DNA of 64,000 nt from Ranitomeya imitator (GCF_032444005.1 NC_091286.1:11532001-11596000), one strand, 5' to 3'; shown: positions 35,493 through 49,305, counted from the stretch's first letter. Translations and numbers: made by a program. Notes: generated by a model from the letters alone, not told the origin.

Positions 35493-38400
35493 CTGCGTAG
35501 AGCGACATACAGGGAGACACATGAGTATATGGACAGCGGGCGGCCCCCGAATATATACACCCCCCACACTGCGCCCTCATCCCTCCGTATAACAGCGCCC
35601 TGCGTAGAGCGACACACAGGGAGACACATGAGTATATGGACAGCGGGCGGCCCCCGAATATATACACCCCCCACACTGCGCCCTCATCCCTCCGTATAAC
35701 AGCGCCCTGCGTAGAGCGACATACAGGGAGACACATGAGTATATGGACAGCGGGCGGCCCCCGAATATATACACCCCCACACTGCGCCCTCATCCCTCCG
35801 TATAACAGCGCCCTGCGTAGTGTGGCATACAGGGAGACACATGAGTATATGGACAGAGGGCGGCCCCGAATATATACACCCCCCACACTCCGCCCTCATC
35901 CCTCCGTATAACAGCGCCCTGCGTAGTGCGGCATACAGGGAGACACATGAGTACATGGACAGCGAGCGGCCCCCGAATATATACACCCCACAATACACCG
36001 CCCTACACCCCGCCCTCATCCCTCCGTATAACAGCGCCCTGTGTGGAGCGACATACAGGGAGACACATGAGTATATGGACAGCGGGCGGCCCCCAAATAT
36101 ATACACCCCCCACACTCCGCCATCATCCCTCCGTATAACAGCGCCCTGCGTAGAGCGACATACAGGGAGACACATGAGTATATGGACAGCGGGCGGCCCC
36201 CAAATATATACACCCCACAATACACCGCCCTCATCCCTCCGTATAACAGCGCACTGCGTAGAGCGACATACAGGGAGACACATGAGTATATGGACAGCGA
36301 GCGGCCCCCAAATATATACACCCCCCACACTCCGCCATCATCCCTCCGTATAACAGCGCCCTGCGTAGAGCGACATACAGGGAGACACATGAGTATATGG
36401 ACAGCGAGTGGCCCCCAAATATATACACCCCGCAATACACCGCCCTCATCCCTCCGTATAACAGCGCCCTGTGTGGAGCGACATACAGGGAGACACATGA
36501 GTATATGGACAGCGGGCGGCCCCCAAATATATACACCCCCCACACTCCGCCATCATCCCTCCGTATAACAGCGCCCTGCGTAGAGCGACATACAGGGAGA
36601 CACATGAGTATATGGACAGCGGGCGGCCCCCAAATATATACACCCCACAATACACCGCCCTCATCCCTCCGTATAACAGCGCACTGCGTAGAGCGACATA
36701 CAGGGAGACACATGAGTATATGGACAGCGAGCGGCCCCCAAATATATACACCCCCCACACTCCGCCATCATCCCTCCGTATAACAGCGCCCTGCGTAGAG
36801 CGACATACAGGGAGACACATGAGTATATGGACAGCGAGTGGCCCCCAAATATATACACCCCGCAATACACCGCCCTCATCCCTCCGTATAACAGCGCCCT
36901 GCGTAGAGCGACATACAGGGAGACACATGAGTATATGGACAGCGGGCGGCCCCCGAATATATACACCCCCCACACTGCGCCCTCATCCCTCCGTATAACA
37001 GCGCCCTGCGTAGAGCGACATACAGGGAGATACATGAGTATATGGACAGCGAGCGGCCCCCAAATATATACACCCCCCACACTCCGCCATCATCCCTCCG
37101 TATAACAGCGCCCTGCGTAGAGCGACATACAGGGAGACACATGAGTATATGGACAGCGAGTGGCCCCCAAATATATACACCCCGCAATACACCCCCCACA
37201 CTCCGCCCTCATCCCTCCGTATAACAGCGCCCTGTGTAGAGTGACATACAGGGAGACACATGAGTATATGGACAGCGAGCGGCCCCCAAATATATACACC
37301 CCCCACACTCCGCCCTCATCCCTCCATATAACAGCGCCCTGCGTAGAGCGACATACAGGGAGACACATGAGTATATGGACAGCGGGCGGCCCCCGAATAT
37401 ATACACCCCACAATACACCGCCCTCATCCCTCCGTATAACAGCGCCCTGTGTAGAGCGACATACAGGGAGACACATGAGTATATGGACAGCGAGCGGCCC
37501 CCAAATATATACACCCCGCAATACACCGCCCTCACCCCTCCATATAACAGCGCCCTGTGTAGAGCGACATACAGGGAGACACATGAGTATATGGACAGCG
37601 GGCGGCCCCCGAATATATACACCCCCCACACTCCGCCCTCATCCCTCCGTATAACAGCGCCCTGCGTAGAGCGGCATACAGGGAGACACATGAGTATATG
37701 GACAGCGAGCGGCCCCCAAATATATACACCCCGCAATACACCGCCCTACACCCCGCCCTCATCCCTCCGTATAACAGCGCCCTGCGTAGAGCGACATACA
37801 GGGAGACACATGAGTATATGGACAGCGAGCGGCCCCCAAATATATACACCCCCCACACTGCGCCCTCATCCCTCCATATAACAGCGCCCTGCGTAGAGCG
37901 ACATACAGGGAGACACATGAGTATATGGACAGTGGGCGGCCCCCAAATATATACACCCCCCACACTGCGCCCTCATCCCTCCATATAACAGCGCCCTGCG
38001 TAGAGCGACATACAGGGAGACACATGAGTATATGGACAGTGGGCGGCCCCCAAATATATACACCCCCCACACTGCGCCCTCATCCTTCCGTATAACAGCG
38101 CCCTGCGTAGAGCGACATACAGGGAGATACATGAGTATATGGACAGCGAGCGGCCCCCAAATATATACACCCCCCACACTGCGCCCTCATCCCTCCGTAT
38201 AACAGCGCCCTGCGTAGAGCGACATACAGGGAGATACATGAGTATATGGACAGCGAGCGGCCCCCAAATATATACACCCCCCACACTCCGCCATCATCCC
38301 TCCGTATAACAGCGCCCTGCGTAGAGCGACATACAGGGAGACACATGAGTATATGGACAGCGAGTGGCCCCCAAATATATACACCCCGCAATACACCCCC

Positions 38401-40690
38401 CACACTCCGCCCTCATCCCTCCGTATAACAGCGCCCTGTGTAGAGTGACATACAGGGAGACACATGAGTATATGGACAGCGAGCGGCCCCCAAATATATA
38501 CACCCCCCACACTCCGCCCTCATCCCTCCATATAACAGCGCCCTGCGTAGAGCGACATACAGGGAGACACATGAGTATATGGACAGCGGGCGGCCCCCGA
38601 ATATATACACCCCACAATACACCGCCCTCATCCCTCCGTATAACAGCGCCCTGTGTAGAGCGACATACAGGGAGACACATGAGTATATGGACAGCGAGCG
38701 GCCCCCAAATATATACACCCCGCAATACACCGCCCTCACCCCTCCATATAACAGCGCCCTGTGTAGAGCGACATACAGGGAGACACATGAGTATATGGAC
38801 AGCGGGCGGCCCCCGAATATATACACCCCCCACACTCCGCCCTCATCCCTCCGTATAACAGCGCCCTGCGTAGAGCGGCATACAGGGAGACACATGAGTA
38901 TATGGACAGCGAGCGGCCCCCAAATATATACACCCCGCAATACACCGCCCTACACCCCGCCCTCATCCCTCCGTATAACAGCGCCCTGCGTAGAGCGACA
39001 TACAGGGAGACACATGAGTATATGGACAGCGAGCGGCCCCCAAATATATACACCCCCCACACTGCGCCCTCATCCCTCCATATAACAGCGCCCTGCGTAG
39101 AGCGACATACAGGGAGACACATGAGTATATGGACAGTGGGCGGCCCCCAAATATATACACCCCCCACACTGCGCCCTCATCCCTCCATATAACAGCGCCC
39201 TGCGTAGAGCGACATACAGGGAGACACATGAGTATATGGACAGTGGGCGGCCCCCAAATATATACACCCCCCACACTGCGCCCTCATCCTTCCGTATAAC
39301 AGCGCCCTGCGTAGAGCGACATACAGGGAGACACATGAGTATATGGACAGCGGGCGGCCCCCGAATATATACACCCCGCAATACACCGCCCTACACCCCT
39401 CCATATAACAGCGCCCTGCGTAGAGCGACATACAGGGAGACACATGAGTATATGGACAGCGAGCGGCCCCCAAATATATACACCCCCCACACTGCGCCCT
39501 CATCCCTCCATATAACAGCGCCCTGTGTAGAGCGACATACAGGGAGACACATGAGTATATGGACAGCGGGCGGCCCCCGAATATATACACCCCCCACACT
39601 GCGCCCTCATCCCTCCATATAACAGCGCCCTGTGTAGAGCGACATACAGGGAGACACATGAGTATATGGACAGCGGGCGGCCCCCGAATATATACACCCC
39701 GCAATACACCCCCCACACTCCGCCCTCATCCCTCCGTATAACAGCGCCCTGTGTAGAGCGACATACAGGGAGACACATGAGTATATGGACAGCGAGCGGC
39801 CCCCAAATATATACACCCCCCACACTCCGCCCTCATCCCTCCGTATAACAGCGCCCTGCGTAGAGTGACATACAGGGAGACACATGAGTATATGGACAGC
39901 GAGCGGCCCCCAAATATATACACCCCCCACACTCCGCCCTCATCCCTCCATATAACAGCGCCCTGCGTAGAGCGACACACAGGGAGACACATGAGTATAT
40001 GGACAGCGAGCGGCCCCCAAATATATACACCCCGCAATACACCGCCATACACCCCTCCATATAACAGCGCCCTGTGTAGAGCGACATACAGGGAGACACA
40101 TGAGTATATGGACAGCGGGCGGCCCCCGAATATATACACCCCCCACACTCATCTCTCCGTATAACAGCGCCCTGCGTAGAGCGACATACAGGGAGACACA
40201 TGAGTACATGGACAGCGGGCGGCCCCCGAATATATACACCCCCCACACTCCGCCCTCATCCCTCCGTATAACAGCGCCCTGCGTAGAGCGACATACAGGG
40301 AGACACATGAGTATATGGACAGCGGGCGGCCCCCAAATATATACACCCCCCACATTGCGCCCTCATCCCTCCGTATAACAGCGCCCTGCGTAGAGCGACA
40401 TACAGGGAGACACATGAGTATATGGACAGCGAGCGGCCCCCGAATATATACACCCCCCACACTCATCCCTCCGTATAACAGCGCCCTGCGTAGAGCGACA
40501 TACAGGGAGACACATGAGTATATGGACAGCGGGCGGCCCCCGAATATATACACCCCCCACACTGCGCCCTCATCCCTCCATATAACAGCGCCCTGCGTAG
40601 AGCGACATACAGGGAGACACATGAGTACATGGACAGCGGGCGGCCCCCAAATATATACACCCCGCATACACCCTACACGCACCGCCCTAC
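35467..40690. repeat. 107-bp minisatellite, ~49 copies, whose unit includes the exon 2 acceptor plus 26 coding nt
   Basis: Unit starts at 35467 and recurs at 35574; the first unit overlaps the exon at 35467-35492. Confidence 0.97.
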
Positions 40691-40914
40691 ACCCCGTGCC
40701 GTCACATATACTTTGTTTCCACTATTGTTCTCTTCTTGCCGTCAATGAATAAGAACTCACAAGAATTAACACAAGCACCGTCCTTGTCCTGTCAGCACAG
40801 CTGAGGATTTGGTACAATGTTTCAGTAGAAAAATAAAAATCCTGACTGATGAGGTAAGATTCCAGCCACTGACAACAAGCAGAGATCCTGCACGATGGAG
40901 ACGGCGCGTCATAC

Positions 40915-41099
40915 CTGAAGTACTGGCAGCGGGCGGCGAGGATGACTCTGTGCGCAGGAAACCGCATCTTGTCCACCACGAAGGTGACGTCGCTGTACTC
41001 CTCGCCGCTGATCAGGGCGCCCACGTGCTCCGAGAGGATGTGCACATGGTCGATCTCTCCGACCGCCGTGTACGGACGCAGGGGGTGACTGTTACTCAT
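40915..41099 (-). CDS. BTBD9: BTBD9 coding exon 1 (185 nt CDS; exon starts at 41119): MSNSHPLRPYTAVGEIDHVHILSEH...AARCQYFR
   Basis: BTBD9 N-terminus recognised; TTCTTCCAG acceptor at 41120-41121, AG|GTATGA donor. Confidence 0.97.
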
Positions 41100-41149
41100 C
41101 CTGGAGCCCAACTGCAGCCCTGGAAGAAAGGACGGACGGGTGAGGAGGG

Positions 41150-44100
41150 AAGACAGGGACACGAGGGCGAGACTGGCGACATGAGGGCGAGACGGGCGAC
41201 ACGAGGGCGAAGCCTGCACCAGGGGCGAAAGGGGGAGACGGGCGACACAAGGGCGAAGCCTGCACCAGGGGCGAGAGGGGGAGACGGGCGACACGAGGAC
41301 GAAGCCTGCACCAGGGGCGAAAGGGGGAGACGGGCGACACGAGGGCGAAGCCTGCACCAGGGGCGAAAGGGGGAGACGGGCGACACGAGGGCGAAGCCTG
41401 CACCAGGGGCGAGAGGGGAGACGGGCGACACGAGGACGAAGCCTGCACCAGGGGCGAGAGGGGGAGACGGGCGACACAAGGACGAAGCCTGCACCAGGGA
41501 CGAGAGGGGGAGACGGGCGACACGAGGACGAAGCCTGCACCAGGGGCGAGAGGGGGAGACGGGCGACACGAGGACGAAGCCTGCACCAGGGGCGAGAGGG
41601 GGAGACGGCGACACGAGGGCGAAGCCTGCACCAGGGGCGAGAGGGGGAGACGGGCGACACGAGGGCGAAGCCTGCACCAGGGGCGAAAGGGGGAGACGGG
41701 CAACACAAGGACGAAGCCTGCACCAGGGGCGAAAGGGGGAGACGGGCGACACGAGGGCGAAGCCTGCACCAGGGGCGAAAGGGGGAGACGGGCGACACGA
41801 GGGCGAAGCCTGCACCAGGGGCGAGAGGGGGAGACGGGCGACACGAGGACGAAGTCTGCACCAGGGGCGAGAGGGGGAGACGGGCGACACGAGGACGAAG
41901 CCTGCACCAGGGACGAGAGGGGGAGACGGGCGACACGAGGACGAAGCCTGCACCAGGGGCGAGAGGGGGAGACGGGCGACACGAGGACGAAGCCTGCACC
42001 AGGGGCGAGAGGGGGAGACGGCGACACGAGGGCGAAGCCTGCACCAGGGGCGAGAGGGGGAGACGGGCGACACGAGGGCGAAGCCTGCACCAGGGGCGAG
42101 AGGGGGAGACGGCGACACGAGGGCGAAGCCTGCACCAGGGGCGAGAGGGGGAGACGGCGACACGAGGACGAAGCCTGCACCAGGGACGAGAGGGGGAGAC
42201 GGGCGTCACGAGGACGAAGCCTGCACCAGGGATGAGAGGGGGAGACGGGCGTCAAGCGGACGAAGCCTGCACCAGGGGCGAGAGGGGGAGATGGGCGACA
42301 CGAGGACGAAGCCTGCACCAGGGACGAGAGGGGGAGATGGGCGACACGAGGACGAAGCCTGCACCAGGGACGAGAGGGGGAGATGGGCGACACGAGGACG
42401 AAGCCTGCACCAGGGGCGAGAGGGGAGACGGGCGATACGAGGGCGAAGCCTGCACCAGGGGCGAGAGGGGGAGATGGGCGACACGAGGACGAAGCCTGCA
42501 CCAGGGGGGGAGACGGGCGACACGAGGACGAAGCCTGCACCAGGAACGAGAGGGGGAGACGGCGTCACGCGGACGAAGCCTGCACCAGGGACGAGAGGGG
42601 GAGATGGGCGACACGAGGACGAAGCCTGCACCAGGGACGAGAGGGGGAGATGGGCGACACGAGGACGAAGCCTGCACCAGGGGCGAGAGGGGGAGACGGG
42701 CGACACGAGGGTGAAGCCTGCACCAGGGACGAGAGGGGGAGACGGGCGACAGAGGACGAAGCCTGCACCAGGGGCGAGAGGGGGAGACGGGCGACACGAG
42801 GACGAAGCCTGCACCAGGGGCGAGAGGGGGAGACGGGCGACACGAGGACGAAGCCTGCACCAGGGGCGAGAGGGGGAGACGGGCGACACGAGGACGAAGC
42901 CTGCACCAGGGACGAGAGGGGGAGACGGCGACACGAGGGCGAAGCCTGCACCAGGGGGGGAGACGGGCGACACGAGGACGAAGCCTGCACCAGGGGCGAG
43001 AGGGGGAGACGGGTGACACGAGGACGAAGCCTGCACCAGGGACGAGAGGGGGAGACGGGCGACACGAGGACGAAGCCTGCACCAGGGGGGGAGACGGGCG
43101 ACACGAGGGCGAAGCCTGCACCAGGGGCGAGAGGGGGAGACGGGTGACACGAGGACGAAGCCTGCACCAGGGACGAGAGGGGGAGACGGGCGACACGAGG
43201 ACGAAGCCTGCACCAGGGACGAGAGGGGGAGACGGCGACACGAGGACGAAGCCTGCACCAGGGGCGAGAGGGGGAGACGGGCGTCACGAGGACGAAGCCT
43301 GCACCAGGGGCGAGAGGGGGAGACGGGCGACACGAGGACGAAGCCTGCACCAGGGGCGAGAGGGGGAGACTGCGACACGAGGGCGAAACCTGCACCAGGG
43401 ACGAGAGGGGGAGACGGCGACACGAGGACGAAGCCTGCACCAGGGGCGAGAGGGGGAGACGGGCGACACGAGGACGAAGCCTGCACCAGGGGCGAGAGGG
43501 GGAGACGGGCGACACGAGGACGAAGCCTGCACCAGGGGCGAGAGGGGGAGACTGCGACACGAGGGCGAAACCTGCACCAGGGACGAGAGGGGGAGACGGC
43601 GACACGAGGACGAAGCCTGCACCAGGGGCGAGAGGGGGAGACGGGCGACACGAGGACGAAGCCTGCACCAGGGGCGAGAGGGGGAGACTGCGACACGAGG
43701 ACGAAGCCTGCACCAGGGGCGAGAGGGGGAGACTGCGACACGAGGACGAAGCCTGCACCAGGGACGAGAGGGGGAGACGGCGACACGAGGACGAAGCCTG
43801 CACCAGGGGCGAGAGGGGAGACGGGCGACACGAGGACGAAGCCTGCACCAGGGGCGAGAGGGGGAGACGGCGACACGAGGACGAAGCCTGCACCAGGGGC
43901 GAGAGGGGAGACGGGCGACACGAGGACGAAGCCTGCACCAGGGACGAGAGGGGGAGACGGCGACACGAGGGCAAAGCCTGCACCAGGGACGAGAGGGGGA
44001 GACGGCGACACGAGGGCGAAGCCTGCACCAGGGGCGAGAGGGGGAGACAGCGACACGAGGGCGAAACCTGCACCAGGGGCGAGAGGGGGAGACGGGTGAC

Positions 44101-44590
44101 ACGAGGGCGAAGCCTGCACCAGGGGCGAGAGGGGAGACGGGCGACACGAGGACGAAGCCTGCACCAGGGACGAGAGGGGGAGACGGCGACACGAGGGCAA
44201 AGCCTGCACCAGGGACGAGAGGGGGAGACGGCGACACGAGGGCGAAGCCTGCACCAGGGGCGAGAGGGGAGACGGGCGACACGAGGGCAAAGCCTGCACC
44301 AGGGGCGAGAGGGGAGACGGGCGACACGAGGACGAAGCCTGCACCAGGGGCGAGAGGGGAGACGGGCGACACGAGGACGAAGCCTGCACCAGGGGCGAGA
44401 GGGGGAGACGGGCGACACGAGGGCGAAGCCTGCACCAGGGGGGGAGACGGGCGACACGAGGGCAAAGCCTGCACCAGGGGGGGAGACGGGCGACACGAGG
44501 GCAAAGCCTGCACCAGGGGGGGAGACGGGCGACACGAGGGCAAAGCCTGCACCAGGGGCGAGAAGGGGAGACGGGCGACACGAGGGCGAT
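41150..44590. repeat. ~46-bp purine-rich minisatellite, ~75 copies
   Basis: Unit GCACCAGGGGCGAGAGGGGGAGACGGGCGACACGAGGACGAAGCCT, with 45- and 39-bp variants. Confidence 0.96.
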
Positions 44591-44624
44591 ATACAACACA
44601 CGGAGAATGGGGGGGGGGGGGGAG

Positions 44625-47115
44625 AGGATACATAACGCACGGGGGGAGGAGGATACATAACGCACGGGGGGAGGAGGATACATAACGCACGGGGGGAGGA
44701 TATATAACGCACGGGGGGAGGAGGATATATAACGCACGGGGGGAGGAGGATATATAACGCACGGGGGGAGGAGGATATATAACGCACGGGGGGAGGAGGA
44801 TATATAATGCACGGGGGGGGGGGAGGATATTTAACGCACGGCGGGAGGATATTTAACGCACGGCGGGAGGATATTTAACGCACGGGGGGGGAGAAGGATA
44901 TATAACGCACGGGGGGGAGGAGGACATATAACGCACGGGGGGGAGGAGGACATATAACGCACGGGGGGAGGATATATAACGCACGGGGGGAGGAGGATAT
45001 ATAACGCACGGGGGGAGGAGGGTATATAACGCACGGGGGGAGGAGGATATATAACGCACGGGGGGAGGAGGATATATAACGCACGGGGGGAGGATATATA
45101 ACGCACGGGGGGAGGAGGATATATAACGCACGGGGGGAGGAGGATATATAACGCACGGGGGGAGGAGGATATATAACGCACGGGGGGAGGAGGATATATA
45201 ACGCACGGGGGGAGGAGGATATATAACGCACGGGGGGAGGAGGATATATAACGCACGGGGGGAGGAGGATATATAACGCACGGGGGGAGGAGGATATATA
45301 ACGCACGGGGGGAGGAGGATATATAACGCACGGGGGGAGGAGGATATATAACGCACGGGGGGAGGAGGATATATAACGCACGGGGGGAGGAGGATATATA
45401 ACGCACGGGGGGAGGAGAGGAGGAGGATATATAACGCACGGGGGGAGGAGGATATATAACGCACGGGGGGAGGACGATACATAACGCACGGGGGGAGGAG
45501 GATACATAACGCACGGGGGGAGGAGGATACATAACGCACGCGGGGAGGAGGATACATAACGCACGGGTGGAGGATACATAACGCAAGGAGGGAGGAGGAT
45601 ACAGAACGCACGGGGGGAGGAGGATATATAACGCACGGGGGGAGGAGGATACAGAATGCACAGGGGGAGGAGGATACAGAACGCACGGGGGGAGGATACA
45701 GAACGCACGGGGGGAGGAGGATACAGAACGCAAGGAGGGAGGAGGATACAGAAAGCACGGGGGGAGGAGGATATATAACGCACGGGGGAGGTTATATAAC
45801 GCACGGGGGGAGGAGGATATATAACGCACGCGGGGAGGAGGATACATAACGCACGCGGGGAGGAGGATACATAACGCACGGGGGGAGGAGGATACAGAAC
45901 GCAAGGAGGGAGGAGGATACAGAACGCACGGGGGGAGGAGGATATATAACGCACGGGGGGTGGAGGATATATAACGCACGGGGGGAGGAGGATATATAAC
46001 GCACGGGGGGGAGGAGGATATATAACGCACGGGGGGAGGAGGATATATAACGCACGGGGGGAGGAGGATATATAACGCACGGGGGGGGAGAAGGATATAT
46101 AACGCACGGGGGAGAAGGATATATAACGCACGGGGGGAGGAGGATATATAACGCACGGGGGGAAGAGGATATGTAACGCACGGGGGGAAGAGGATATATA
46201 ACGCACGGGGGGAGGAGGATATATAACGCACGGGGGGAGGATATATAACGCACGGGGGGAGGAGGATATATAACGCACGGGGGGAGGAGGATATATAACG
46301 CACGGTGGGAGGAGGATATATAACGCACGGGGGGAGGAGGATATATAACGCACGGGGGGAGGAGGATACATAACGCACGGGGGGAGGAGGAGGATATATA
46401 ACGCACGGTGGGAGGAGGATTCATAACGCACGGGGGGAGGAGGATATATAACGCACGGGGGAGGAGGATATATAACGCACGGGGGAGGAGGATATATAAC
46501 GCACGGGGGGAAGAGGATATATAACGCACGGGGGGAGGAGGATACATAACGCACGGGGGGAGGAGGATATATAACGCACGGGGGGAGGAGGATATATAAC
46601 GCACGGGGGGAGGATACATAACGCACGGGGGGAGGAGGATATATAACGCACGGGGGAGGAGGAGGATATATAACGCACGGGGGGAAGAGGATATATAACG
46701 CACGGGGGGAAGAGGATATATAACGCACGGGGGGAGGAGGATATATAACGCACGGGGGGAGGAGGATATATAACGCACGGGGGGAGGAGGATACATAACG
46801 CACGGGGGGAGGAGGATATATAACGCACGGGGGGAGGAGGATATATAACGCACGGGGGGAGGAGGATATATAACGCACGGGGGGAGGAGGATATATAACG
46901 CACGGGGGGAGGATACATAACGCACGGGGGGAGGATACATAACGCACGGGGGGGAGGAGGATACATAACGCACGGGGGGGAGGAGGATACATAACGCACG
47001 GGGGAGGAGGATATATAACGCACGGTGGAGGAGGAGGATACATAACGCACGGGGGGAGGAGGATACATAACGCACGGGGGGAGGAGGATATTTAACGCAC
47101 GGAGGGAATATAACG
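44625..47115. repeat. 25-bp minisatellite, ~100 copies
   Basis: Unit GGGGGGAGGAGGATATATAACGCAC. Confidence 0.96.
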
Positions 47116-47261
47116 CACAGTCCATCCTTCCGTATGATACGCCTGCTATACACGGACCCTTGCACACATACGCGGCGGCAGGCAGTATTACGCCGGTTGC
47201 TCCCGTGTGGGGGATGTGACTCGGGGGCCGCACATGACAGATATACTGAGGTGTCACTCAC

Positions 47262-47575
47262 CGGCCGCGGCGCACTGACAGCTCCTTCCTGCGCCTCAGA
47301 CGGCCCCGCCCACCGAACGTCTGCATGCGCCGTGACGTCAGACGTTCCTGTGCGGTCGGCCATGTTTACTCCTGGCACGTCCTGCCCTCACACCATCAGC
47401 AGACAGACATCGTACCTTTCCTGCCACAGCCGCACTGGTCGCCGGGCGTATACCGCCCGTACTGTACAGTGGACTTCAAGAAAATGGCGCCCTAGCTCAA
47501 CACGTGATCAGTAGAGAGATCATGTGACCTAAACAATCACGTCATGTGATCACAGAGAACTAGGCAGGAAGTTTA
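47262..47575 (-). promoter_or_regulatory. BTBD9: Probable BTBD9 CpG-rich promoter and non-coding first exon(s)
   Basis: GC box 47304-47311, CRE TGACGTCA 47333-47340, YY1-like AAAATGGCG 47481-47489, E-box CACGTG 47500-47505, ETS CAGGAAGT 47565-47572; candidate donors CG|GTGAGT (exon end 47262) and AAG|GTACGA (exon end 47416). Confidence 0.7.
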
Positions 47576-48320
47576 ACCCCTTAAAGGGTCTGTCCAGTAC
47601 TCAACTAGTGTGGACACCGCTAGACCGGCGGTGAATAGAAGCGTCATTGTAACAGTGGGAAACGTGAGGCCTGAGCAGCGATGCTGGGCCCGTCTCTCCG
47701 GCACTTCTGGTTAGTGATACATGGCGGGCGATAGAATTTGTGTTTAGTTTTAAAAATATCTAAAATTTGTCTAAAATTTTTGCAAATGTGCAATTGTTGA
47801 ATTTGTATTTATTTTGAGTATAGATCTGGTGGAACACGTCAGCCCCGTCTCCATGGCGACAGACGTCTTCTAGTGACTTCTTGGTTCTTAAATTGTTTTT
47901 CAATGACGTTCACATTATCGGCGTTTTTTTTGGCCCTGGTCACTTTTGAAGGGACTTTGAGGGGCCGAGATGTCAGAAAATAAGACCCCACTGTGACATC
48001 TGCACCCCTCAGTGCACCGACTCCCACATTCAACACGTTTAACCCTTTAGTTTCACAGGAATTATCGTCGCCTGTAAATGAAAAATTTTTTTTTTGTTGC
48101 TGAGGCGGCACAATTTTCATTTTCAGAAGGGTAAGAGGAGAGAATGGACGCTCCGCTGTGTGAGGTCTCCTGCATGCACGATACCCCGCGTCCAGAGACT
48201 CGGGTGGGCCATCGGCTCAGGGATGGGCGACTCGGAGCATTAAGAGATTGCAGACGCCATGTCACAGTGGTCGAGCCCCTGAGGTGCCCGAACAGCAGAA
48301 GCCCCCACCAGTGGAAACTA

Positions 48321-48929
48321 CAGGGTGGGCCGTGTATATGGATACACCTAAATGTAATGGGAATGGTTGGTGACCCAGATCGGCCCGCTGAATTTGCAGA
48401 ATGGGCAAAACAAAAATTGGAACCGGACCCTCAGTTTACACAGAACACTATGACCAGTGATGAGGCAAACGTTTTTGGGTGGGCCATTTCTATGGATACA
48501 TCTAAATAAGATGGGAATGGTGACAGTGCTCTTGTGTAGGGCGTCTTGCATTGAAATCTGCTGCAATGACCCGGGTACTGCGTTCCCCAGACATCAACAC
48601 AATTTCTACCCGCTCCTCACGTGTTCACCTCTGCAACATGTCAATGGCTGTAAGCAAAGAGAAACTTGTAAATATCTCATGAAAGAATAAAGTTAACACC
48701 GACCACACCATTGTTTTTCTTGTGAAATTCTCAATAAGTTTGATGTGTCACATGACCCTCTTCCCATTGGAAAAAAAGTTGGATCCAAAGTGGCCGACTA
48801 CAAAATGAAGTCACCCCCCATCTTGAAAAGTTTTCCCCGTCCCATTTACTAATGTGCCACAAACAGGAAGTTGATATCACCAACCATTCCCAATTTATTT
48901 TCGTGTATCCATATACATGGCCCACCCTG
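48321..48929 (+). mobile_element. Tc1/mariner-superfamily deletion derivative
   Basis: ~26-bp TIR CAGGGTGGGCCRTGTATATGGATACAC, TA TSDs (48319-48320, 48930-48931), internal DPDRPAEFAEW...SDEA transposase-like peptide. Confidence 0.85.
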
Positions 48930-49305
48930 TATATACGCGGACACAATCCATTCCCATAAAGTATGAAAGCTCGTCACTCACATGATGCAGCGCTTCGATT
49001 TAGTAACGCACGATGCAAGCAATCCAGAACTATAGACGTCTCCATCGTAGCAAAGACCATCAGCAGCTCTGCAGACAATGAAGGGAACCTGTGAGCCCCC
49101 CGCCCCGGCCAGCAGCCGTGTGTGAGCACAGTCCCTCCATAACAGCCGGGGCACAGAAGCCACTTGCAGACATGGTTTACAAAAGCCGTTAGAACTAGAG
49201 AGGAGCGAATTTACCCAGGTTCCTCTTATTCAGCAGCTACAGCGCTCCCCGAATAACCCGGCTCCCCGGATCGTGCCGGCTGTTCGGCTCCGCGGCTGTG
49301 TGACA

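Noticed and set aside
40722-47378. Very long ORFs (300-868 aa) over BTBD9 intron 1
   Set aside because: Low-complexity repeat translations; only the MSNSHPL...QYFR portion is genuine
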